Source: an uncultured Bacilli bacterium (lineage in GTDB: Bacteria; Bacillota_I; Bacilli_A; RFN20; CAG-449). From it: 64,000 nucleotides of DNA. The notes under the pieces were generated by a model. That model was not told the DNA's origin. It saw nothing but the letters and a program-made list of their open reading frames with translations, and made no database searches. This document shows, piece by piece, positions 30,062 to 38,446 of the stretch; the first letter of the stretch is position 1; every line of letters starts with the position of its first letter. Made by a program: the position numbers and the translations under genes. The stretch lies in assembly GCA_947595215.1 (NCBI GenBank), contig CANQEO010000003.1:5755-69754 (forward strand), in the 5' to 3' direction.

Positions 30062-33000
30062 TCATTTAACCAATTTATTTATAGTTTCTAAGATTTTTTC
30101 TAAATCATCAAGGTAAGAAGGTGTCTTTTTTAATCTTAATTTAATTTTTCTGTCTTGATATACACCACGCACGTTTTGAGCTGTTCTATCTAACTCTTTA
30201 AATAAGGTTACACCTAGTTTGCTAATGGAAGACGCTTTGCTAGTAAGGTCAATATAAATGATGTTACCTTCTTCTTTAACTTGCTCAATGCCGGGTCCGG
30301 AAGATAAAATATCGATTCTTCTTTTACGAAGCAACGATTCCACTTCTTGAGGAAGTCTTCCGTATATATCTCTAATCTTAGCACGATACAAAATCAGTTG
30401 AGGTAAAGAATGTATCTCTTGAATTTCCTGATAAAGTTCCAATTTATCACCATCTTCAGCATATTCCTTGGGGATAAATCCTTCAATAGTAACATTGGTG
30501 ATTTTAGTTTCTGTTTTTTCTTTTTTGATACCCTTTCGTTCCTCAATTACTTCGTTTAATAAACGAATATACATATCAATACCGACTGTTTCGATAAATC
30601 CAGATTGCTCCGATCCTAAAATATCTCCCGCGCCACGAATCGTTAAATCACACTGTGCTATTTTATATCCTGAGCCTAATTCGGCGAATTCTTTAATTGC
30701 TTGTAATCTTTTCTTTGCTTTATCATTTAATTCTTTATGCTCGTTATATACCAAATAAGCATAGGCAATTCGATTGCTTCTTCCAACGCGTCCTTTAATT
30801 TGATAAAGTTGCGATAAACCAAAGGTATCAGCATTTTCAACAATGATAGTATTAGCATTGGGAATATCTATTCCAGTTTCAATAATCGAAGTGCAAACCA
30901 ATAGATTAACTTCACCATTATATACACGGTTCATAGTCTCTTCGATTATTTCGCGATCCATTTGTCCATTTACCACGGCAACTTGAGCGTTTTTAATTTG
31001 AGATTGTAAAGTACGAGCCACTTGGAATATATTGTTCACTTGATTATGAAGATAAAATACTTGACCTTGTCGAGCTAATTCTCTTTCAATAACTTCACGG
31101 ATCAAGCCTTTTGAATATGGCATTACATATGTCTGAATAGGCATTCTATTTATCGGGGCACTATTTAAAGTAGAAACACTTCTAATTCCTAGAAGAGACA
31201 TTTGAAGAGTTCTAGGAATCGGTGTTGCTGTCAAGGTTAATACATCAATATGATTAGCGATTTCTTTAATACGCTCTTTATGTTCAACTCCAAAACGCTG
31301 TTCTTCATCAACAATTAATAACCCTAAAGATGGAATCTTTATTTCTTTAGAAAGTAACCGATGGGTACCAATAATTAAATCAATTTTCTTTTCTTCAATA
31401 TCTTTAATATATTTCTTTTGATTAGACTCGCTTACAAATCTTGAAAAAAGTGCGATTCTAACACCGAAAAGGGCAAATCTTTCTATGGCTCGTTCATAAT
31501 GTTGACGCGCTAAAATGGTGGTTGGGCAAAGCAATGCCACTTGTTTGCCACTTAATATAGCTTTAAAAGCCGCACGGAACGCCACTTCAGTCTTTCCAAA
31601 ACCAACATCACCACATAATAAACGATCCATTGGTGTATCTTTTTCCATATCGGCTTTAATTTCCGCAATCGCTTTTTCTTGATCGATAGTAAGTGGATAT
31701 GGGAATGCACGTTCAAATTCTTTTTGCATCTCATCATCACTATTAAAAGATATGCCTTTTATACTTTCGCGATTAGCGTATAGTTCAATGAGGCGCTCCG
31801 CCATCATATTGACGCGTTCTTTAATTTTTTCTTTCGTTTTCTTCCATTCGTTACCACCTAAGTGATTTAATTTTGGAACTGCACCTTCTTTAGAAACAAA
31901 TTTACGCACTAACTTAAACTGCTCTAGAGGAACATATAAAACTTCTTTTTTCTGATAACGTATTTTTAAGAAATCTTTTTTAATACCTCCGACTTCTAAA
32001 TTAACAATCGAATCGAATTGACCGATACCATTTTCTTCATGGACTACATAATCTCCGATTTTTAAATCTTCATATGAGTTTAAAATTTTTGCTTCTTTGT
32101 AACGATGCATAAAGCGAGTTAGGTGATTGCGATATCCAAATATTTCGCGGGCTGAAAGGTAACAAATTTTTTCATCAATTAATTCAAATCCTTCCTCCAA
32201 TTTCATCTTTGTAACGCCGAGATTTCTCTTTGGAGTTTGATTTGGTTCTATGATCTCATATTCTTTTTGATAGTCATCAAGGTAATCCAAAAAAGTATCA
32301 AATTGAGAATCATTCAATGCTACAACTACTTTATTACCATCAATTTGGAACTTATCAATTAACTCAAAAGATTTTAAAATAGATCCACCACCAAAAGGAA
32401 TAGGGCGCATTCTAAGCGCTTGATCATTAATGCTAGAAAATTGGCTTTCAATAAAAATTTTATTTGAACAATCATTTAAAATTTTATCAAAATCCAAATT
32501 TAATCTGATGTTTCGCAAAGTATATCCTCTTTGAGATAATTCTTCATAAAACTCAAACGATTCTTCCAAAGTAAAAGAATAAACATCTCGACATCTTTTT
32601 ATATCGTAAATTACAGTTTCTTCTGGATTAAAATAATCAATAATAGATGATGGCTGAGATACAAAATAACTATAATATTTATACGTATTTTCGCTAAAGC
32701 CATTTTCTTTAATATCGTATAAATCGTTTGTTATGCTTTTCAGTAAAAGTTCTCCTGATTCATGATCTAATTCTTTTTGTTTGTTTTTTACTTCTGCCTC
32801 TATAAGTGTTTTACCCATTTCAAATTGTTCTTTGGTGACAAAAAGTTCATTAGAGGGAAAAATATGTGCTTCTACTATTTCTTCAGACGAACGTTGAGTT
32901 TCAATTGAAAATGTACGAATTGATTCAATTTCATCATCAAAAAATTCAATTCTTATCGGTTGTTCTAAATTTACTGAGAAGATATCAAGAATTTCTCCAC

Positions 33001-33511
33001 GTCGTGCAAACTGAAGACTTTGATCGATTTTATTTACTTTAGTGTACCCATCTTCAATGAGATTTTTTTCTAACTTGTCTATATCGATTAAATCACCTTT
33101 ATGAAAATGAAAACTATGTTTCAAGAATAATTTTTTATCCGGAAGGAATCTAGTTGTTGCAGTTACGTGGGCAATTAATATTCTTTTTTTAGAAGATAAT
33201 GCCTCTTCCATAACATATAGACGTTGCGCTAAAAGCTGTTTAGAAACCACTGCTTGATTTACTCTTAATACTTCATCGCGAGGAAAAAACAACACTGCCT
33301 CTTCACCTAAAAGCAGCGATAATTTATCATATAAATCTTGTGCGTTATAAAGATTAGGAACAATAACTAATGTTTTTGCGGCTTTTTTGCTGAATGCACT
33401 AGCAATCAGATACGCTAACGAGTTAATATCGAGTGCAACGAATTTACCTTCGTTATTTAAATAATTAGTTATTACTTTATTTTTTGCGATTTTATCTAAG
33501 ATTGAGTTCAT
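30062..33511 (-). CDS. mfd: Transcription-repair coupling factor
   Basis: 1149 aa with a UvrB-homology N-terminus, a CarD/RID domain (VHEENGIGQF), DEAD-box helicase motifs (GDVGFGKTEVA, VDEEQRFG) and a TRG motif. Confidence 0.97.
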   Translation of the reverse strand: MNSILDKIAKNKVITNYLNNEGKFVALDINSLAYLIASAFSKKAAKTLVIVPNLYNAQDLYDKLSLLLGEEAVLFFPRDEVLRVNQAVVSKQLLAQRLYVMEEALSSKKRILIAHVTATTRFLPDKKLFLKHSFHFHKGDLIDIDKLEKNLIEDGYTKVNKIDQSLQFARRGEILDIFSVNLEQPIRIEFFDDEIESIRTFSIETQRSSEEIVEAHIFPSNELFVTKEQFEMGKTLIEAEVKNKQKELDHESGELLLKSITNDLYDIKENGFSENTYKYYSYFVSQPSSIIDYFNPEETVIYDIKRCRDVYSFTLEESFEFYEELSQRGYTLRNIRLNLDFDKILNDCSNKIFIESQFSSINDQALRMRPIPFGGGSILKSFELIDKFQIDGNKVVVALNDSQFDTFLDYLDDYQKEYEIIEPNQTPKRNLGVTKMKLEEGFELIDEKICYLSAREIFGYRNHLTRFMHRYKEAKILNSYEDLKIGDYVVHEENGIGQFDSIVNLEVGGIKKDFLKIRYQKKEVLYVPLEQFKLVRKFVSKEGAVPKLNHLGGNEWKKTKEKIKERVNMMAERLIELYANRESIKGISFNSDDEMQKEFERAFPYPLTIDQEKAIAEIKADMEKDTPMDRLLCGDVGFGKTEVAFRAAFKAILSGKQVALLCPTTILARQHYERAIERFALFGVRIALFSRFVSESNQKKYIKDIEEKKIDLIIGTHRLLSKEIKIPSLGLLIVDEEQRFGVEHKERIKEIANHIDVLTLTATPIPRTLQMSLLGIRSVSTLNSAPINRMPIQTYVMPYSKGLIREVIERELARQGQVFYLHNQVNNIFQVARTLQSQIKNAQVAVVNGQMDREIIEETMNRVYNGEVNLLVCTSIIETGIDIPNANTIIVENADTFGLSQLYQIKGRVGRSNRIAYAYLVYNEHKELNDKAKKRLQAIKEFAELGSGYKIAQCDLTIRGAGDILGSEQSGFIETVGIDMYIRLLNEVIEERKGIKKEKTETKITNVTIEGFIPKEYAEDGDKLELYQEIQEIHSLPQLILYRAKIRDIYGRLPQEVESLLRKRRIDILSSGPGIEQVKEEGNIIYIDLTSKASSISKLGVTLFKELDRTAQNVRGVYQDRKIKLRLKKTPSYLDDLEKILETINKLVK

Positions 33512-33512
33512 A

Positions 33513-34064
33513 TTAATTGAATTTGCTCATTGCGTAATGGAAATCGTGATCGATGATGGCATCGATTGCATTTAAAGCTTTTTTTCTCGCTGCAACCAGA
33601 AGAGCTTCTTCTTCTTTCGTTGGCTTTCCTAACACATAATCGATGACCCCATAAGGAGGGTGACCAATTCCTATTTTTATTCTTTTGATATTTTCTGTTC
33701 CTAAGAGATTAATAATATTTTTAATTCCATTGTGACCACCGGAAGATCCACCTTCGCGAAGGCGTATTTTACCACATGGCAAATCCATATCATCGTAAAT
33801 AACTACAATGTTATCAATTGGGATTTTATAAAAATTAACAACCGCTGAAACTGATTCTCCGGATAAATTCATAAATGTTTGCGGTTTTAAAAGTATTATT
33901 TCTTCACTATGATATAATAATTTAAGGTATTTACCTTTAAACCCTTCCTTATCAATTTCTACACCATTTTCAGTTTCAAAAGCTTCAAGAACTGAAAATC
34001 CTGAATTGTGTCTAGTATTTTGATATAAAGTTCCTGGATTACCTAATCCGACAAAAAGTAACAT
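33513..34064 (-). CDS. pth: Peptidyl-tRNA hydrolase
   Basis: MLLFVGLGNPG...TRHNSGF. This ATG is preceded by AAGGAAG 7 nt upstream. The TTG-initiated 6-codon extension in the ORF track covers that RBS. Confidence 0.93.
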   Translation of the reverse strand: MLLFVGLGNPGTLYQNTRHNSGFSVLEAFETENGVEIDKEGFKGKYLKLLYHSEEIILLKPQTFMNLSGESVSAVVNFYKIPIDNIVVIYDDMDLPCGKIRLREGGSSGGHNGIKNIINLLGTENIKRIKIGIGHPPYGVIDYVLGKPTKEEEALLVAARKKALNAIDAIIDHDFHYAMSKFN

Positions 34065-34118
34065 AAAGTTCACTTCCTTCAAACTATATTATTATAGCAT
34101 AGAAAGGCATTAATCGAT

Positions 34119-35438
34119 ATGAAAAAAAGGACTTCTCCATTCAGATATTCTAGCGGCCTTTTCGCTCTCACGCTTTTAACACAACTATTTCATGGTTTTT
34201 CATATACTTATTATGTCGATCAAGCAGCCTTAATAACCATAAATCTTGCTACGTTGGCAAAAATTATATTTGTAATTGTCGATGGTTTAAATGATGTCCT
34301 TTTTTCTGTTCTCAGCGATAAAACTAAATCTAGGTGGGGAAGAAGATTGCCTTGGCTTGTGACTTGTATGCCTTTTTTAGCATTATCGGTAATTCTAACC
34401 TATACTATTAGTCCCGAAACAGGGTTTTCTACCATTCAATTTTTTATATATTATCTAGTAATTTCTATTACTTTTGAAAATTTTTCAACGATTATGTATA
34501 CAAATTACTACGCTTTATATCCTGTTCTTTTTGTCGAAAAAGAGGAAAGAGGAAAAGTGTCTTCTATTCGTCATTCACTTGAATTAATCGGCATGGCGAT
34601 TTGTTTGATGGCCACACCTTATCTTGTTGATTTAATCGGATATGTCGGTCTTGGTTTTATTTACGGAGCTATCTATATAGCAGTAATGATTTATTGTATT
34701 ACGGGCATAGATTTTAAACAAGCCGAAGATAACATAAATACTAGACCTTTTTCATTTAAACAAACTATCAAAGATGCATTCACCAACAAATCATTTTTAA
34801 TTTATAATATCGCAGTTAGTTTTAACCAAGCGTGCCTTGGTGTACTTGTCACTATCTATCCTTTATACGCAAAGTATGTTTTAGGGGTCAACTCGCTCGA
34901 ACAAGGAATATTAATGGGTGTTCTTTTCTTAGCAGTTATTATATCTGTTTTCGCGTGGTATAAAGCCATGCAAAAGTGGGGATTTAGAAATTGTTGGAAA
35001 GTGTCGTATCTAATATTTCCATTTTTATTAGCCGCATTAGCTATCCCACATGATTTTATCAGTGGATTAATAACTGTAATAGTTGTAGGACCTGGCGTAG
35101 GTGGCATTATGATAACTCCAGATTTAATGAGTGCGCAAATCATCGATATTGATAAAAAGAAACATGGTGTTTCAAGAGAGGCTTCATTTCTATCAATGGG
35201 ATCTGTTTTACAAAGATTTTCAGTGGCTATATCCGCTATTTTTATGAGTTTAGTTAGTTCTATTTTTGGCTATGTTGATGGAAATAATCCGGGACCAAAT
35301 CCAGATTTAACATTTAGAGTAGTCACTGGCGCAATGCTACCAATTATCGGCTTATTTGGTTCTATGGCCGCCATCATTTATTTATATCTTTCAAAGAAAG
35401 ATTTAGATGAATTAAAAGATAGCGCACATATTTTATAA
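34119..35438 (+). CDS. MFS transporter, glycoside-pentoside-hexuronide (GPH) cation symporter-like
   Basis: 439 aa with about 12 TM segments. The loop 2-3 motif DKTKSRWGRRLPW is typical of the GPH/MelB family. Confidence 0.65.
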   Translation: MKKRTSPFRYSSGLFALTLLTQLFHGFSYTYYVDQAALITINLATLAKIIFVIVDGLNDVLFSVLSDKTKSRWGRRLPWLVTCMPFLALSVILTYTISPETGFSTIQFFIYYLVISITFENFSTIMYTNYYALYPVLFVEKEERGKVSSIRHSLELIGMAICLMATPYLVDLIGYVGLGFIYGAIYIAVMIYCITGIDFKQAEDNINTRPFSFKQTIKDAFTNKSFLIYNIAVSFNQACLGVLVTIYPLYAKYVLGVNSLEQGILMGVLFLAVIISVFAWYKAMQKWGFRNCWKVSYLIFPFLLAALAIPHDFISGLITVIVVGPGVGGIMITPDLMSAQIIDIDKKKHGVSREASFLSMGSVLQRFSVAISAIFMSLVSSIFGYVDGNNPGPNPDLTFRVVTGAMLPIIGLFGSMAAIIYLYLSKKDLDELKDSAHIL

Positions 35439-35600
35439 AAATATCATGTCAATATTTTTTATGCTCTAAATTATTTGTAATTTTATTACTGGCACTTCAC
35501 TATAATACTTAATACCTAAACAACATTTGTTTCAACTATTAACAATTTATAATTATTGATTTCTTGATTTATCTAGAATAAAAGAAAGAAACATTAAGCT

Positions 35601-35631
35601 AAAAAAAGGAAGAAAAATTCTTCCTTTTTTT
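35601..35631. terminator. Bidirectional terminator between the convergent transporter and DUF1540 genes
   Basis: AAAAAAAGGAAGAA-aaat-TTCTTCCTTTTTTT, a perfect stem flanked by an A7 run and a T7 run. Confidence 0.8.
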
Positions 35632-35633
35632 AA

Positions 35634-35951
35634 CTAATATTTTTTTATGTAATTAATACATTTAGGTCCGACACTCTTTTTGTCTACACGTAAGTGATGC
35701 ACAGTACATTTCATATTATCATAATGGCGACATGTATCTGCGTTACAAAATACTTCATGCTCATCAGTATTTAACGAAAATGGCATATCAGAAGCAAATT
35801 CAAATTCCCATTGAGCTATTTTTGAATCATCTTCACGACGTTTTTCATAAGAACGACAATATGCAGTGTTGCTTACTTGTATTCCTCGTTTTGTACAATG
35901 AGTACAATAATTATGATCGCAAGTGTGATCGTGACATTTTAAATTTGGCAT
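35634..35951 (-). CDS. Cys/His-rich protein with two DUF1540-like repeats
   Basis: 105 aa with two repeats, LKCHDHTCDHNYCTHCTKRGIQV and VFCNADTCRHYDNMKCTVHHLRV. The pattern resembles DUF1540 of spore-forming Firmicutes. Confidence 0.5.
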   Translation of the reverse strand: MPNLKCHDHTCDHNYCTHCTKRGIQVSNTAYCRSYEKRREDDSKIAQWEFEFASDMPFSLNTDEHEVFCNADTCRHYDNMKCTVHHLRVDKKSVGPKCINYIKKY

Positions 35952-36115
35952 ATTTACTCTCCTTCACCTTCTTAGTATTTCTTACTTAATGAAGAATTAT
36001 TATTTTTTTAAGACTAAAAATTCACTTTTTAAAATATATTCAATGATAGAGAAAGAGTTGTTTTTAAAATAGTTTATTTGTTAAGATATATGTAGTTAAA
36101 AAAAAGAGGTAAAAT

Positions 36116-37018
36116 ATGAAAAATTTCTTCTTAGATGTTTTAAAAGGTGCATTAATCGGAATAGCGGTAATTATACCTGGAGTAAGCGGTGGTACATTAG
36201 CAATTATGCTTAATGTTTATGATAAAATGCTAAATGCCATAGGTAATATCACTAAAGAATTTAAAAAGTCTTTTTTTACATTATTGCCAATTGGAATTGG
36301 AATTTTATTAGGAATTATCGCTTTAATTATTCCATTAAAATGGGCGCTAGCATATTATCCTTTTCCAACAGCAACATTATTTGTGGCGCTTATAATTGGT
36401 CAATTGCCATCCCTCTATAAAAATGTTCAAGGCAATGAAAATGCAAGTAATTTTTTCATTGCATTAACACCTTTAGCTCTTGTTGTCGTTCTTTGCGTTA
36501 TTGATTTATTATTAGATACTCCTCCAGTTTCATTAAGTGAACCACAATGGTATATTTATATTGTTTTATTCTTTGTAGGCTTTTTAGCTTCTAGTACTCT
36601 TGTTGTTCCGGGAATCTCAGGCTCAATGGTGTTAATGTTATTAGGATTCTATAAACCTATTATTAATATTTGCGATGATTTATTACATTTTTCAAATATC
36701 GGATCTTCAATATTAATCTTAATACCTTTCGGTATCGGCATCATTGTTGGATTCTATTTTATGTCTAGATTAATTGCTTATTTTTTAAACAAATTTAAGA
36801 TTCAAACTTATTTTGCGATTCTCGGTTTCATAATCGGCTCTTTAACTGGTATTTACATGCAAGTTAATAAGCAATACGGATTTCAATTCGATACTCTCCA
36901 AATTATTTTATCAATAGTATTGTTTGTAATAGGTATCGGATTATCGGTTGGTTTAAATTTATTTAACAAAAAGACTGGAGAAAAGAAAAAGGTGGAAAAC
37001 GCGGAGGTTAATGAATGA
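36116..37018 (+). CDS. DUF368 (PopT-type) membrane protein, probable undecaprenyl-phosphate translocase
   Basis: 300 aa with an internal duplication carrying the signature IPGVSGGTLA (N-terminal half) and VPGISGSMVL (C-terminal half). Confidence 0.8.
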   Translation: MKNFFLDVLKGALIGIAVIIPGVSGGTLAIMLNVYDKMLNAIGNITKEFKKSFFTLLPIGIGILLGIIALIIPLKWALAYYPFPTATLFVALIIGQLPSLYKNVQGNENASNFFIALTPLALVVVLCVIDLLLDTPPVSLSEPQWYIYIVLFFVGFLASSTLVVPGISGSMVLMLLGFYKPIINICDDLLHFSNIGSSILILIPFGIGIIVGFYFMSRLIAYFLNKFKIQTYFAILGFIIGSLTGIYMQVNKQYGFQFDTLQIILSIVLFVIGIGLSVGLNLFNKKTGEKKKVENAEVNE

Positions 37019-37599
37019 GCATAGATCAAGAAATAAGTCGTTTTATTTTAGAAAATTTACATGGTAACGATCTTATTAATCGGATTATGGTTGTTTTATC
37101 AAAGCTCGGTAGTGCCGGCACAATTTGGATTATCTTTTTTGTCAGCATAATGATTTACCAGTTGTGCCGAACAAAAAAATTTGCTCTCAGTTTAGTTTTC
37201 GGCTTAGTTATTTTATTAATCGGTTGGTTATTTAATGACTACTTATTAAAATTAATAATCAATCGTCAAAGACCATATTATGCTATTCCTGAATTTCAAG
37301 ATTTTATGAATTCATTAAATTATTCGCTTCCTAGTGGCTCTTCATTTCCATCTGGGCATTCTTTTTCAAGTTTCTCTGCAGCGACAATGCTATTTTTATA
37401 TCGAAAAAAATTTGGATTCATTTCTTATCCTTTAGCCATTTTAATCGCATTTTCAAGAATATTTTTAGGCGCTCACTATCTAAGTGATATTTTAACCGGT
37501 GCTTTGCTTGGTGCTTCTTTTGGTTGCATTCACTACTTGCTATGCAACCTTATTTTTACCAAGACAAAACTCGGAGAAATGAAATATGCGTCTCGATAA
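37015..37599 (+). CDS. PAP2-family phosphatase (probable undecaprenyl-diphosphatase, BcrC-like)
   Basis: 194 aa with the three PAP2 motifs KLIINRQRP, PSGHS and SRIFLGAHYLSD. ATGA overlap with the DUF368 gene. Confidence 0.85.
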   Translation: MSIDQEISRFILENLHGNDLINRIMVVLSKLGSAGTIWIIFFVSIMIYQLCRTKKFALSLVFGLVILLIGWLFNDYLLKLIINRQRPYYAIPEFQDFMNSLNYSLPSGSSFPSGHSFSSFSAATMLFLYRKKFGFISYPLAILIAFSRIFLGAHYLSDILTGALLGASFGCIHYLLCNLIFTKTKLGEMKYASR

Positions 37600-38278
37600 A
37601 TTTCTTTCAGATGCTGGATACGGAAGTCGTAAAGAAGTAAAATCACTCATCAAATCTAATCGTATCAAAGTGAATGAAGTTATTCAAAATCGTGATTCTT
37701 TTCATTTAGATCCAAACAAAGATGAAGTAAAAATAGATGACCAAATTATAGTTTATCGCAAGTTTTTATATGTGCTTTTATATAAACCAAAAGGATATGT
37801 TTCCGCGACTGAAGATACTCGTTATCCACCTGTTACGAATTTAGTCTTAGAATATAATTACGCAAATCTTTTTCCTGTCGGAAGATTGGATGTAGATACT
37901 ACGGGACTACTATTATTAACAAATGATGGAAATTTAACGCACCGTCTTTTATCGCCAAAAAATCATGTTGATAAAGTATACGAAGTTATAGTTGATCAAC
38001 CATTACAAAATAATTTAATATCTGCTTTTCAGAACGGTATTATTTTAGATGGCGAAAAAACACTTCCTGCTTTATTAACTATCGAATCTGAATTTAAAGC
38101 ACAAATAATTTTACACGAAGGAAAATTCCATCAAGTTAAACGTATGTTTGCTTATTTTGGCTATCAAGTCATCGCTCTTAATCGCTCTCGATTTGATATT
38201 CTAACCTTAGAAAATTTAAAAGAAGGGGAATATAGACTCTTGTCAGATTTTGAAATTGAGGAATTAAAAAAACACTAA
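37586..38278 (+). CDS. rsuA: RsuA-family rRNA pseudouridine synthase
   Basis: 230 aa with an S4 N-terminus (MRLDKFLSDAGYGSRKEVK) and the catalytic motif GRLDVDTTGLLLLTNDG. Overlaps the PAP2 gene by 14 nt. Confidence 0.8.
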   Translation: MRLDKFLSDAGYGSRKEVKSLIKSNRIKVNEVIQNRDSFHLDPNKDEVKIDDQIIVYRKFLYVLLYKPKGYVSATEDTRYPPVTNLVLEYNYANLFPVGRLDVDTTGLLLLTNDGNLTHRLLSPKNHVDKVYEVIVDQPLQNNLISAFQNGIILDGEKTLPALLTIESEFKAQIILHEGKFHQVKRMFAYFGYQVIALNRSRFDILTLENLKEGEYRLLSDFEIEELKKH

Positions 38279-38446
38279 TTAAGTCAAATTTTGTCTAAAG
38301 CAACTCTCTTTTGTTGTTCTTTATTCATATTTTAAATTTTCGCACTCAAACAACTACAATTTTACAAATGAACATGTTAAAATAGCGACGTAGCATAAAT
38401 GTTAATATTTTTATTAACATAAAATATAGAATTTAGGAGGAAATTT

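Noticed and set aside
38399-38420. Perfect palindrome ATGTTAATA-tttt-TATTAACAT about 25 nt upstream of the ppdK RBS, considered as a CcpA cre site or operator.
   Set aside because: It does not match the cre consensus (TGWAANCGNTNWCA), since there is no central CG. A/T-only palindromes of this size are common in 30% GC spacers. It might still be an operator, but I cannot support that.
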